Source: Oculina patagonica
Taxonomy: Eukaryota
Direction: 5' to 3'
NCBI RefSeq assembly: GCF_052425735.1
Contig: NC_135763.1
Span: 33,356,001 to 33,420,000 of the forward strand
Length of the DNA stretch: 64,000 nucleotides
A program made the translations under genes and the position numbers. Each line of letters begins with the position of its first letter. Within the stretch, counting starts at the first letter, position 1. Shown one piece after another: positions 1-12,254 of this stretch. The notes beneath the pieces are model-generated. The model searched no databases, was not told where the DNA came from, and was given only the letters and a program-made list of their open reading frames with translations.

Positions 1-1704
1 TTTATTTCTCCTATCTGGCGAAGTAGAAACGAACACGGTTTGGTCTGATCTTGCCCTTGTTAAGATTTGACAGGTTATCATAAAATATGTCAGATAAACT
101 TTCACCAGCATACAGGGAGGCCATCATGGATTACAAGCGCCTTGTGTCAACAGATGTCCAACATGTGACACGTGCGTTCCATCGATAGCTTCATCAGAAG
201 ACGTTCGCCTTATAACATTGTCGGTCCGCGAACCTCTCAAAGAACTCAACATTACAGTCTATTATTAAATGGATGATGTGAAATTGTTGATTAATTTTGT
301 ATCAGGTAGTGTTCACCTGTCTCAAAGGAAAAGAAAATGGACGTATTTTTCGGCAGATCAACGATATGTAGGCAATTACTCTATTTGTTTGTTAAGAAGG
401 ACAAATGAAGTGCACATTTTTTAGCTACACAATAAAATGGATGATGTTTAAAAGATTGTTTATTCGATTCTGACACTTACGTACTAACGTCGATTTTTTT
501 CAAAGTTTAATTGAGCTTACTCATAGAGTATTTATTTATAAAATTATTTCATTTACAGCTAAAGACGATTTAAAACTTCTAAACGTTGAGTTTGTGTGGA
601 CTTTAAACACTGTTTGAAGGGCAATGAGACTTGTTCGAATAACAATACCTTTGACACCCAAACAAAATCCTAACACTGAAAACTGCGAGCTACATGTTGA
701 AACTGTTTTAAAAAGTTTTCTTACCCAATAAGAATATTTAAAAGAGATCAATTAAGCGTCTTACCTTTTCTTATTCTTGTCTTTTTGTCGCTGAAAACAA
801 TCTTTTATCTTTTTCGAAGTTTTGGTCTTGGAATTTATGTCATGGGACTAAAATTCCAAACACCCGAGAAAAAATATCTTCTCCCGTTGTTTCGTTATTA
901 TCACACGTGACCTGTGAGCGGCGGGTATTTCACTTTGAAAATTATAAACAATACTTCTTAATCGACAGCAAAAGTACATTTGTTGTGATCTAGAAATCAA
1001 AACTCTGCAGGTGACTGCTTGTACCGTTAAGGAATTGGTTAAACACTGTTTCCTTTAAAAAGGACTAAAGGATTGAAGGATTGTTCGATGAAAATGATTC
1101 GTAAAAGAAAAGTTCACAACTTAATTTTTTTCGAAGCATATAGGACCTATATAACAGCAAGATTGTTTGAGGCAAATTGTTTTATGTTCATGGTGAATCG
1201 AAAACTCTTATGGCAAATATTTATTGCAGTTCAAAGTCATTGCGACCACACTCCTAAACTATAAATACATATTACGGAAATGCGTGGAATTTCAAGATCT
1301 TCTGAGCCGGACGATGGCTAAAAAGAGGACTGGGTACGTCATCATCAGCAATCTCCTACCCATAACCTTCATTCTTCATTGCGCATGCTTGAAAAAAGCC
1401 GCTGATGTAGGGGAACGGAAACTCTAGGTGTACTGAGATAGTTCACGATTAACAATTAACACTCCCTGCAAACCTATGTGACCACTGAATGGAGGATAGA
1501 ATAGATGCGTTTTGATAGCTGTTTATTATACACATAAATTCAAAATCAAAAATTCTTCTTCATCTTTTAATCGAGTGTGATCAATAATCCAGAGATTGTG
1601 TGATCAATAATCCAGAGATAGAGAGAGTAACGGACATTCGATCATTCTATTTCTGCCCTGTTTATCTGTTGCTTCGTAAGTGAAAACCATGTGCCGGAGT
1701 CGTA

Positions 1705-2454
1705 TTATTCCGATTCCTCGTCGATCGTGTACAATCGATATCTTCTCGGCCGCGCTCGTTGGACATAATCGTCTTCCTCACAGTCGTCGTCTTCAAAGAG
1801 CGGGTTAAACGTAACGTTACTCTGAACCTCGCTTTCAAACAAGTCGCTCAGCGAGCAAAAGTCACTTGTCCGCAGGGTCTGGGTACAACTGGCTGAAAAT
1901 CCGGGACCTTGTCTCCTGACGTGTGCCGCGAAAGAGAAGCTAGCTTCAATCTGTCCGTGATAATCATTGAAAAGGGATGTAGGAGATAAGCTTCTGGATA
2001 AATTTTCATCCTGTTCTTGTTCATTTTTTCGGCGTTGACTTCGCCTTGTTAGAATCTTGGTTCGCATTTTCAGTTTTGACTCGACTTTCGAGGGATGGTC
2101 TTCGGAAGAATCTTCCTCATTTTGTTCGTTTGTGAAACGTGAATATTTTCTTTTCCGAAATATCTCTTTCAGGGGTTTCATCTTAACTCCCGTTTTGCCG
2201 GGATTCTTCCACATCTCAGCCAAAAAATCCGGTTCCGTGTATGATCTAACATTTTTGGTGTTTAAGGGCTTCTTTGAAGACTTAGCTTCAAGAATTTCTT
2301 CCTCTTTGATGAAGTCGCTGGCTCGATAATCTACCAATGTCCGTGATGGCCTGGGTATCTCCTGCTCACTCGCGGCCGCAACGTGTTCTGGGAAAGTCGG
2401 CAATACGTTTGTCTCCACCAAAACAATTTTCTCCGCCGCCTCGCCTGGAAACAT
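1705..2454 (-). CDS. Uncharacterised intronless 249-aa, probably disordered protein (K/R/E/S-rich)
   Basis: Long ORF with higher GC than its flanks and an in-frame stop shortly upstream of the ATG. AATAAA on the minus strand near 1524-1529. No recognisable domain; ends in RRYRLYTIDEESE. Confidence 0.65.
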   Translation of the reverse strand: MFPGEAAEKIVLVETNVLPTFPEHVAAASEQEIPRPSRTLVDYRASDFIKEEEILEAKSSKKPLNTKNVRSYTEPDFLAEMWKNPGKTGVKMKPLKEIFRKRKYSRFTNEQNEEDSSEDHPSKVESKLKMRTKILTRRSQRRKNEQEQDENLSRSLSPTSLFNDYHGQIEASFSFAAHVRRQGPGFSASCTQTLRTSDFCSLSDLFESEVQSNVTFNPLFEDDDCEEDDYVQRARPRRYRLYTIDEESE

Positions 2455-2581
2455 AGAACGGACCGATTTTTAACGGATAAAACAGTTGCGAAATAAGTAA
2501 AATTGAGATAATTTCTTGTCGTCAATTGTTAGGAAGGGTTCAAAGAGGCAACGAAAGGACTACCATTTCGTTTCAATTTTA

Positions 2582-3079
2582 GGGCCTGATTACATGAGCC
2601 GGGCTGGCTCGGTTTGCCGAGATGACTTTCAGCTCGGTATTACATGAGCCCGGTTAGCCGGGCTGGCCCGGTTTGCCGAGATGACTTTCAGCCCGGTTTC
2701 AGCATGAATGATCAGAGCACGAATGATCTTTATCACCTTTTTCCGGCAATTTGGTGGTTAATTTTTTGCACTTATGCAGCTAAATGGGTTACCTTACCTC
2801 TACATCCTATTTAGAAGGAGTAGCATTGATTTTTTCGTCGGATATTGTGCTCGGAAGAGAAATTTAATGCTGGCCCGCTTAGCCGGGCTGGCCCGGTGAA
2901 CGCGATTACATGGAAAATTTTCAGCCCGGCCAGCCGAGATCCCGGCATCGCGATACCGGGATCTCGGCTAGCCGGGCTGGCCCGGTTGTCATGTAATCGC
3001 GAAGTTGATTTTTGTTGCGTTTAACAGACGTGCCGAGATCTCGGCAAACCGAGCCAGCCCGGCTCATGTAATCAGGCCC
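2582..3079. mobile_element. PIF/Harbinger-like MITE A (498 bp)
   Basis: TIR GGGCCTGATTACATGAGCCGGGCTGGCTCGGTTTGCCGAGAT at both ends; flanked by TTA (2579-2581, 3080-3082). Confidence 0.85.
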
Positions 3080-3082
3080 TTA

Positions 3083-3581
3083 GGGCCTCTTCACATGAGC
3101 CCGGTTTACGAGCTGTCTCAGTTACCAGAACGGATTTTGACCTCTGTTCATATGGAAAATTTTAGCCCGGTTGACGGGGATAAAATTCAAGAAACGAAGG
3201 CAAAATGGCGACACATAAAGTTGCATCTTTCGCCACTATCGTAGCTTTATTGACCCATGTAACTTTATTAATAAAGCTAATTCGCATATTTCTGAAGTGG
3301 AAATAAATACAAGGCAAAATTAAACCATTTGGACCACCCAATTACGAAAGGGAAGCTATTTTCTCAAAAAAAGTTGCGTCCCGGCGACCGGGCTGGAGCG
3401 TTCATATGGGAAAATATTCTTCCCGGTTGTCGAGATCTCGGTTGCAGAAACCGAGATATCGGTAACCGGGCTAGCCCACCTTCTCATATGAACACATCCA
3501 AAATTTTACAAGAAAATAGGAGTGAGCCGAGATCTCGGTAACTGGGCCAGCCCGGTCAACCGGGATCATATGAAGAGGCCC
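3083..3581. mobile_element. PIF/Harbinger-like MITE B (499 bp), related to MITE A
   Basis: TIR GGGCCTCTTCA(C/T)ATGA..CCGGTT; flanked by TTA (3080-3082, 3582-3584); shares internal motifs ATGGAAAATTTT and CCGAGATCTCGG with MITE A. Confidence 0.85.
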
Positions 3582-5867
3582 TTAGTCCACTAACCTTTTA
3601 CTTTGCTAGCCTCTTTTTCAAGCATGTTCCACTCTTGAGGAGTGATTTCATCATAGAAACTGTGAACAACGAAAATAAACGGTTAATCGTTGCTGCCATG
3701 GCGCTATGCAGAGTCAGCTGAAAGCTGTTTGCTTTCATAAAAAAACTTGCAAATCTCATTTTTTTTTTCTTTTATCAGTTTGCACTAAACCTTAGCTTTT
3801 TATTCTCGAGAGTTCTAGAACATAAGGAACAGTGTTGATAGTTTTGTTTTCAATGTCACTTTTTGAGTGGCCAGATTCTTCACACTAACAGTAAGCAACT
3901 TTAACCTTAAGCCAAATATTTAAAATAACACCCAAGCGAACACTTGTTTTTCTTTCTTTTCCTTTGCTTTTTGCATTTTTTTCTCGGCAGGTCGCACAAA
4001 AACTAGAAATGTGTATATTTATGGTGTAAAATGAATGGTTTGCTTTCAACTTTAGTCTACATAGTTTAAATTTTAAGTACCTTTCGCCGGTGTAAATTAG
4101 AACTTTTTGGACTCAAAAGAATAACTCAAGTTCAGCATTCGAACACTAAGTAACTATAACATATTTTCCCTGTTAGTTTCTACATCAATGAATACCAAAA
4201 GTGTCTTGAATTATTTATTTGATCGATCTTCTTTCTCAAATGCATGCAATCATTTCTAAAACCACAACATACTTCAAAGCAGAATTAAAATAATCCCTAA
4301 AGTAAAACTTTCCATGTAGAGCCACGATACAGGAATGAAACACGGTTATTCTATTTTAATTTAAACTCGTATCTGATTATAGTTTTAAAGCTGTTAAACT
4401 AATGTAATCACAATTAATCATAGCAATTTTATTCAAATCAAACTAAATGCATTTAAATTTCATTTTAACTTACTTTTCTAAGAGGAATTCGTCTCGGTAA
4501 AACAGCCCTCTCCAGCAAAAGAAACATTTTCTGCACCACAAGCAACGGCATGAAGATCTACAACAATTTGTGAAGAAACTTTTAAAACATGCGCCGAGGT
4601 ACGAATTTCCAGAAGTAAACATTGCAAAGATAATTGCACACTGATCCTCGTTTCGCGAAGCAGTTGAAGAAAAGATTAGCAATGTCAAATGAAAATAAAT
4701 ATTTTAAGTCGGGAGAAAAACTCATTTAAAATGGTCTTAGCATGCTTTTTGGATATTTTAAGGTGATTAGAGGAAAGCGTCTTCTTTGTTTGGAAATTAT
4801 TTTATGATTTAATTATGTAATTCTTGTCAACATCTCATCAAAAATTGATAGCCAATATCATTACTTCATATACTGAAAGGCTATTAGATATAATACGTAG
4901 GGTGTATTTACATAATTCAGTTTCAGTGAGGTGCCTCGTTAATTGTCACTCTATCATTGAATGCTTTTACAGAAATCGTTAAAAGAGATTTTCTTTTCTC
5001 TTTTGGCTTATATTTGCACATTCTGTTCGAAAACGTGTTCGGTATTTCATAGTAAACGGGAACCGAATTAATTTGAGTCAATTTGGATAATCAATCAACT
5101 GCCAAGGTCTTTTACTGGATTAGTGGGAATATTTTTAAACCATTTTGTTAAACCGTAATCCATTATTTTGAGATATGCCCTAATACAAACATCCTTGTCT
5201 TCCCATCTCTTTGGAATCAATCTCAATAATATATGATACAAACGAATTCAATCGGCTAGGATAACGTGTCGCAACTTGCAAATGATGTTTTTATAGTCTA
5301 AAATTTCAAGTGGCTTTAGTTTTGTTTGTTTGCAGTTTTGTAACTGTTAAAGTAAATTCCCAACTTCGACATGTATGTTTTGCGCCGCTGGATGAAACCT
5401 CAATTTGTTTCAGCCACCTTAAAGAATTTTCAAAAGCACATTAGATTTCTTGGGGGTGGGGGCTCTCACATAAGAGGAACGGGTATGCTCATCGGAAAAT
5501 GTACACTTATTAGAGAAACCAATCTTGGCATGGCTAAAGCTTTTTGGACTCCTAAAAGATACCAAGCCTGATCGGTCAGTGCAGTATAACAGTGATTTTT
5601 ATTATTATTATTATTTCTCATTTGCAACCTCAAACAAGACCTTGACAGAAGACGACTAAAAATATTGGCGTTCTGTTCTAAACACTCTGAGTGAGAGCAA
5701 ATCCTTAATTAACAGCCCTAAGCGAGACGACGAGCATCCTCGTCCCTTTCAGATCCTCTCTTGGTAATGTAAATGTATTGCAAGGGATGAACTCTATTGT
5801 CTATCGACTATCGTGAGCAGAGTACTGTGTGAACGCCTACCTTTATTTAATTTATAAGGCCTAGTAA

Positions 5868-6044
5868 CGGTCAACCCCCTATATAACGGACACCTTCGGG
5901 ACCACAATTTGGTGTCCGTAATAAAGGAAGTCCTTAGTAGCGAGAGTTATTTTCAGTAATTCTTATTCACCTGGACTTCAACTTCTGTCCGCAATAAGGG
6001 GTGTCCGTAATAACGAGGTGTCCACAAGGCGAGGGTTGACTGTA
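5868..6044. mobile_element. Degenerate Tc1/mariner-like MITE
   Basis: C(A/G)GTCAACCC-type termini, right end GGGTTGACTG-TA, and internal (G)GACACC/GGTGTCC repeats. A similar element lies at ~46797-46975. Confidence 0.55.
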
Positions 6045-6226
6045 TACGGGCAACCATTTCATTTTCAACTTGTCTTGCATCATTATTGCATTGAAAGTTA
6101 TAAAGTATTGTTGCGTGAATATTAACCTCCCGTATTGCAAGTTGCGACGAAGTTGAATTTATGTCTACTTTGCGTCTGCATGTTGCCGCAACTTGCAATA
6201 CGTTAGGTAATACGCGCAACTTCACC

Positions 6227-6644
6227 CCCGGGGGGGTACTCAAAAAAGTTTTATACGGGGAGGCTCCGCCCCGAGTTTTAACCCCTTACCCTTACCCTTT
6301 TATACACCATTTTGACAGAAATTGTACCCCTTTCGTATACCTTTAACTGAAAAAAGGTACCCCTTTCATATACCTAAAAGACGTGGCGTGGACTTAAAAC
6401 AGGACGTTTTCTTGTCATTTTCATGTAGCGCTTAATAAATTAAAATAATACAGCCATAAATTGCGTCCGTTCGAAATATTTTAATTAAAGGCCCATTTAA
6501 ATAGCTAAGTGACAGATTTGCATACTCTTTCATATACCTAAACTCGTGAAATCCCTACCCTTTTATATACCTGAAGCCTTAAAAAGGTACCCCTTTCGGG
6601 CGGAGCCTCCCCGTATAGGCCATTATAGGGAGTACCCCCCCGGG
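6227..6644. mobile_element. Non-autonomous DNA transposon with CCCGGGGGGGTACTC termini
   Basis: TIR CCCGGGGGGGTACTC / GAGTACCCCCCCGGG; subterminal inverted repeat TATACGGGGAGGCTCCGCCC; flanks AACTTCAC / AACTACAC (imperfect 8-9 bp TSD). Confidence 0.8.
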
Positions 6645-7258
6645 AACTACACTAAACTACTAGCAATGAAATACTGTTGCGAGACAAGTTGAAAGAATAT
6701 ATTGCCCGCATGACTGGGCCTTTACAAAATTTGCTGGCGCTTCCTTCCATGCACAGTTATTATAGCCATGTATATTACCCACTTTCAAATTAAACGGTAA
6801 GGTATTTAAAAACACGAACTTAAGACTATCATTTAAAAGAACAAACTCAGCCATTTTATTACTGCGATATAAAAAGATCCCTAAAATACGCATATAGTTC
6901 ATGCTAATTCCTGTAAATACACTCAATCCGGCCACAAATAAATTGAAAACGGGTAACTTTGCCTAACTAACAATGATTTCAACCGATTAAAAGCGAACCT
7001 GAATCACAGGCTGGTTAATAAAATCATTATTCACCTGTACTGAAAAAGAAAAAAAAGTAATAAATTTGTTAACTTGACAGATACGAGAATATTCATCGAT
7101 TTTGTGAATCGTCTGTTAAAATCTTCAAGAAATGTGTGCGACATTTTTGCCACGACTTTAGTCTTTGTCAAACATATAAAAAACCTGTGCACATAAACGA
7201 ATAAAGTTTTTCAAGATTATTAACTTTTTCTGTTTTTAGCGTCTTTGAAAATAAAGCC

Positions 7259-8698
7259 CTAGGGGTGTGAAGGATGTGGAGGGCTATATTTTAATCTAGC
7301 GATAATGGCATCTAGAGTATGGTCTGGCGGGGGCAGCACACATTGCCATCTCTGGGTTACTTTAGCCCTGGATGTAGGGGGTAGTTCTTGTACTAAATCA
7401 AGCAATGTCGGATCTGGTTCACAAAGGTTTATACGTTTAAGAGAACGGCAGTTCTCGACCAAAGCGTTCATCAACACTGCGTCTGCAACTGAGTCCATTG
7501 ATGCAAAGTTTATAAGGGACACCGCCTCGAGTGATTCACAATAGCGTATTAGATTCGGGAAGAACATGCTTTCGGAAATGCTGGCCTTACCGAACGCTCC
7601 GTATTCCAGAACTTCTAGCTTAGGAAGCATCCTTAAGACCTCCGCCATGGCCGAAGGGTTAATGCTTGAAGACTGATACACTCCTAAGCATTTCAGCTTT
7701 GGGCAAGATCGACATACAATATATAACGCTTCGGGTGTCAGGGTTAAACTCCACCGCACGTCCAACATTTCCAAGTTAGTCCCGGTTTCGAGTCGCGCCA
7801 TCTGTAGCAAAACCGCGTCCGTAACCGCGCGACCGACTCCGCAGTAGGACAAGTTGAGGTACCTCAGAGTCCTGACATTGGTGACGAGGCTAATGAGGCC
7901 TATCTGTGTAATGTTTGAGCAAGCAGAAATATCCAGTTCCTCCACGGGAACGTATTTCCATTCCGGGATCACGAAACAGTCGTCTCTCACCGGCGTGTAG
8001 CGAAGAAGAATCGTGCGCAGCCGAGAGCAAGATCGGAAAAGCGTACAAAAGGTCCGTCCATAGACGTATTTGCATCCATTTAAGCAAAATGATTCCAGGA
8101 GCGGGCAGCATTCGGCGACTTTACTAATAACATCGTCGGTAATTGTATCGCAGTTTGTACAGTCGAGAATGACCAGTCTTTGCATCTTGGTAAACAGAGA
8201 AGGGACCGCGCCCTTCGAAGAGTTATTTCCAACACCCAAGTATTTCACTTCGCAGAAGTGCCTCGATATCCGTCCCAAGAAAGCGAAATCTCCTTTGATT
8301 GGCCTCAATTCCACTAACTCCAATTGGGAAGGGAATTCGTAGGTTATTTCAGTGTACTTCGGAGGTGGACTCGGCGGTCGAAGCTTTGATCCACGACTAA
8401 ATATCAGATATTTCAAACTTTTGCATTTTCTGTTCAGCTCACTCAGTAGCTCGAGCGAGATTTTACAGCCACCCAAATGAAGAATTGAAAGAGAATGAGA
8501 AAATCGTGTCCTTATGAGCATGTGTAGAGTGTCCTCGTCAATTTTAGCGGCTTGTCTTTTCACGTTGACGGCTTTCCATAGCGAGTGATCGTAGGCTAGG
8601 CGGCGCCAGTCATTGCAGACCTTGGCAGCTCTTCCCAAGTCCGCCACGGGTAGAAAAGAAAATACTTTTAAAATAACTATTTCTGGCAAACAATCCAT
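7259..8698 (-). CDS. F-box/leucine-rich-repeat protein (FBXL family, SCF substrate adaptor), intronless CDS
   Basis: N-terminal F-box (LPEIVILKVFSFLPVADLGRAAKVCNDWRRLAYDHSLW) followed by cysteine-containing LRRs (LDCTNCDTITD, LNGCKYV, LDISACSNIT, LNLSYC). Confidence 0.92.
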   Translation of the reverse strand: MDCLPEIVILKVFSFLPVADLGRAAKVCNDWRRLAYDHSLWKAVNVKRQAAKIDEDTLHMLIRTRFSHSLSILHLGGCKISLELLSELNRKCKSLKYLIFSRGSKLRPPSPPPKYTEITYEFPSQLELVELRPIKGDFAFLGRISRHFCEVKYLGVGNNSSKGAVPSLFTKMQRLVILDCTNCDTITDDVISKVAECCPLLESFCLNGCKYVYGRTFCTLFRSCSRLRTILLRYTPVRDDCFVIPEWKYVPVEELDISACSNITQIGLISLVTNVRTLRYLNLSYCGVGRAVTDAVLLQMARLETGTNLEMLDVRWSLTLTPEALYIVCRSCPKLKCLGVYQSSSINPSAMAEVLRMLPKLEVLEYGAFGKASISESMFFPNLIRYCESLEAVSLINFASMDSVADAVLMNALVENCRSLKRINLCEPDPTLLDLVQELPPTSRAKVTQRWQCVLPPPDHTLDAIIARLKYSPPHPSHP

Positions 8699-11060
8699 AT
8701 CGAGATGGATTGCTAGCTTTGCTGGCCACTATGTAATTAGTGGCGCTGGCGTGATCGTGTTCAATCCATGTTCTCAATAAAATGCCATTAAACGTCACAG
8801 AAGCAATTAGACTAATAGACTGCAAGCCTCGCGCCAGGGGCCTCGCGCTGGATTGCGCGACCGACGATACGCGCGCGTTATCAACTTAATTTCCATTTAT
8901 ACAGGCATGCGTAAGAAATGGGGAAAATGATCAGGCAATTTTCAAAATTACGACCTATTACATTGAGAACAGATTACTTGCCCATCGATCGCAATGACAC
9001 TCGAACAGGAGTCGAATAAGAACTAATTGAAGACAACATAAATTCACGCTCGTGCGACGAGCGTATCATTTAATTTTGTCGTTCGAACAATTCGAAACAA
9101 TTGTACCATATCATCCAGTTTTTCTTGTCCAGTGAGAATTTGAGAGGAATAATATTTTACATCAGCTGCGTGCAAGAATCGGCTGACTGCTTGAAAACTG
9201 AACAGAAAAAGAGTAGGGAACTAAACTCGTAAACCCTTTGTATTTAGGCTAATTTTGCACGAGCACTACCATTTAACGCAAGCAGAACAGGTCTTGCGCT
9301 CGTACGAGATGTGCATTCGCAATTATATCATCCTTCTTCCACCAAGTTGAAAAGTTTGTCTGCTGCGTCATGTTGGATTTGTATAACAGACTAATTTTAA
9401 CTAACTGTAGTTGGACATCAGGCCAGCTGTCTAAATGTCGAATTTCTTCTAAATGCACAAGCAAGTCAACATCTCTGGTTCTCTTGTTCCTCACTGAGTC
9501 TTCGCGGCTTTCCTGGCCATCGGTACGGTGATTAAACTTTGAACTTCTCTTTGCGTTTTCAGTAACAAATTAAAGTAGACAAGTAATGAGAATTAGGACC
9601 CAGATTAGGAAAACACGCCAAGAATAGTTTATAAAAAATACACCAGAAGCTGATAACCTGAAGTATTACACTCATGCTTTGGCTCGATCGGCCTATCCAT
9701 TTATCACCGGCGATCAGGCAGCCTGCATGTGAATACAGCCATCCCTCGTCGCTCTCTTAGCGCCAAACCGGCCTAGAGCGAGTCGCAGGCTAGCGATTAG
9801 AGCTAGCTGATCAGGTATTTACTCTTTGCCTTTACAAGGTTGCGCGACCCTAACACTCATTTCTTGTTAGGGGTTTCGCGCGAGCGGCGAATCTCGGCTT
9901 CCTCGCCCTCGCACCCTAAACTGTACTGCTCGCACCCCTCTACTTTTCGTATTTTTCTTCGATCATTGGACACGGTAAAAGAATGGCGAGAGAACTGGAC
10001 GCCAGCACAAAAAGGGAGGCCCGAGAGGGCCTGTTTCTCTTGCGTTCTTTTGCGTTGAAAAATAGAGGCTGTAATTAAAACTGTCTACCCCAAACAATAG
10101 ATTCATATATAAAAGAGGTATGGAAAGAAAATACACTGTATTTTCTTTCCATTTCCTCTTATGATAAGAGTGCGAAAATGTTGGCCTGATCGCATGCTAC
10201 ATGTATTGCGTTGATTTGCGCTCTACTTTCGCGGGCTTGCGACATCGGAACTCTGGAACGGCCACAGTGACCTCGTTTGACGTCAAACCATACTGACCCC
10301 ATAACTTATCATGTCAGATACGTGAACATTTGGATAATAAAAATTGGCTCCAGTAATAATTTGTTTGTTTATTTCTCTTCTTAAAACAAAGCTTTCCTCT
10401 CTTGCGTGAAACTATATGCTCAAGTTGAAAATTAAAGAATGCGCAAATATTTTGGGAAGACAAGATAACGACGCTGTTTTAAAATTCTTTACAATTTGTT
10501 TTTCAGAAATCTAAGAAAACGTGCGACCTGGCAGAACCTATTGAGTTCAGCGAAAAAGCACAAAGAAATATTCGACATAGTTTCGCAATTCCGAAGTCGT
10601 CAAGGAAATTTGCTAAGTTCCCAATTGACAAACGTAATTTGAAAATCAAAGAAATACAAGATCAAAGTACTGTCTATAAAGTATGCAATTTTCATTCAGA
10701 ACTATTCACTCTCGCCGATATAAAAGAATTCTTCGTTTTGAAAAAGATGTGCTAATAAAAGGACAACGCTCAAGTATAAAAACTTCAATTTGCTCTTTTA
10801 AAGTTCACAAAAGCGCTGAGGTTCGCCATTGTGTTGTTCTAAGTACGCAAGTAAGCCTAGCCTATCAAAACACAATAACAAAGACTTAGCAGGCAATAAT
10901 AAAATGAATTGGAAATTAAAATATTGCTCGCAGATGACAACACCTCCTATGAGGTTTGCGAGGGTTTAACTTATATTGTTTGTCCGCGACTGAGACAAGA
11001 GCGTCTGATGTCTTAATAACGCAAATCCTTTAGAAGACTTCTACTCATTTAATAAAATTC

Positions 11061-12254
11061 CTACTCATCAATTTTATCTAGTTCTGGAGTACTCTCTTTT
11101 TCAAAGACAGATAAAATAGGTAGCGGGGCAGGCTCATCCCGAAATCTAAGATACCGTATTTTTCTCATCTCTTCTTCTGACGGTATCTCTTCTTGAAGTT
11201 TTCGTAATCTCTGATCAATAACCTCGTTAAAGTCCATGAATCCAAGACTTGATAAATCAGGCATGGATCTCGAAAGACCATCATCGCGACTAGCTTTGAG
11301 GAGAAGAGAGTTTCTAAATAGTTCTTCGTCCAGCATATAGCCTTTATCGTCCTCAGCCGCTTCCTTGCCCTCCTCGAGATTTGCTTCAATTTCTTCTTCT
11401 TGAACTTCGATATTTATTGTTGGAATGACGTCGCTTTCCGAGCGCTTTAGCTCATTTTCCGCTTCCTTGATTCGTTCGCCTGAGCTTGTGTTTGGTCTCT
11501 TTAAGAAATCACTAACTCGGTCACTTAGCTCCAAAGACGGCTGTGACAAATCTTCGGAACTTCGGCTCCGCAAAGTTTTGTCGGCTTTGTCAAGAGAGCG
11601 AACCCTTCTTCCTCCGACAGGATCAGAAATTGGTATACTTGAAGCTGCACTGCTTTCTGATTTTGTTGGCGATATGCACAAGTTTGGCGTGGATTTCGGT
11701 CTGTACAGATTACTTGTAGTGTTAGTAGACAAAAGATTAGCACTATCTGTCGAGAGTTCGCGCAGACGTCGGGAACTTGCGGGATGCCGCGAGGAGTTAG
11801 GTCTCGTTTCGACACCCTCGACTCGTTTGCTAACCAACGCGGTTTGTTTTGGACTGATTTGCGGCAAAAACGGCTTTGAAATTTCTTTACTGCTACCCTT
11901 TACAGCAAGAGGTGAGATTTTAGTTCCTGGGCGAAGCTGACGATCTTTCACGAGTCTAGGATCACTAAACGTCTTACCAACAGTTGTTTTGGGTCGCTGT
12001 TGTCTGTAGTGTGACATTCCATTGCGCGCTAACTTCAAGTCCACGATCTCGGCTTGTAAATTCACAAGATTCTGATGTAGTTGAAGATCAAGGTGTTGAA
12101 GATGGCCAACAAGCCTTCGATTTTCACTGGCGTTTCTAAGAGTCATTCCTCTGCTCAAATCACTCGTGCGATAGCCACCAGACATCTTGTCGCTTCTCGC
12201 TCTCTCCCTTCGCCTCTTGCTTTTATCGACTTGAACTTTCACAGCAAACGTCAA
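11061..12254 (-). CDS. Intronless ~374-397-aa protein, CCDC190-like (N-terminal coiled coil, disordered middle, C-terminal RYLR motif)
   Basis: Long ORF; the first ATG at ~12185 (MSGGY) is the likely start. RNASENRRLVGHLQHLDLQLHQNLVNLQAE and EEMRKIRYLRFR resemble, from memory, the two conserved blocks of CCDC190-family proteins. The family call is tentative. Confidence 0.7.
   Translation of the reverse strand: MTFAVKVQVDKSKRRRERARSDKMSGGYRTSDLSRGMTLRNASENRRLVGHLQHLDLQLHQNLVNLQAEIVDLKLARNGMSHYRQQRPKTTVGKTFSDPRLVKDRQLRPGTKISPLAVKGSSKEISKPFLPQISPKQTALVSKRVEGVETRPNSSRHPASSRRLRELSTDSANLLSTNTTSNLYRPKSTPNLCISPTKSESSAASSIPISDPVGGRRVRSLDKADKTLRSRSSEDLSQPSLELSDRVSDFLKRPNTSSGERIKEAENELKRSESDVIPTINIEVQEEEIEANLEEGKEAAEDDKGYMLDEELFRNSLLLKASRDDGLSRSMPDLSSLGFMDFNEVIDQRLRKLQEEIPSEEEMRKIRYLRFRDEPAPLPILSVFEKESTPELDKIDE

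Noticed and set aside
1-900. Possible minus-strand exons of a gene leaving the window (donor-like site near 760-765)
   Set aside because: No convincing reading frame; only short peptides.
11425-11940. 171-aa plus-strand ORF
   Set aside because: Antisense shadow of the 397-aa minus-strand gene; no independent features.
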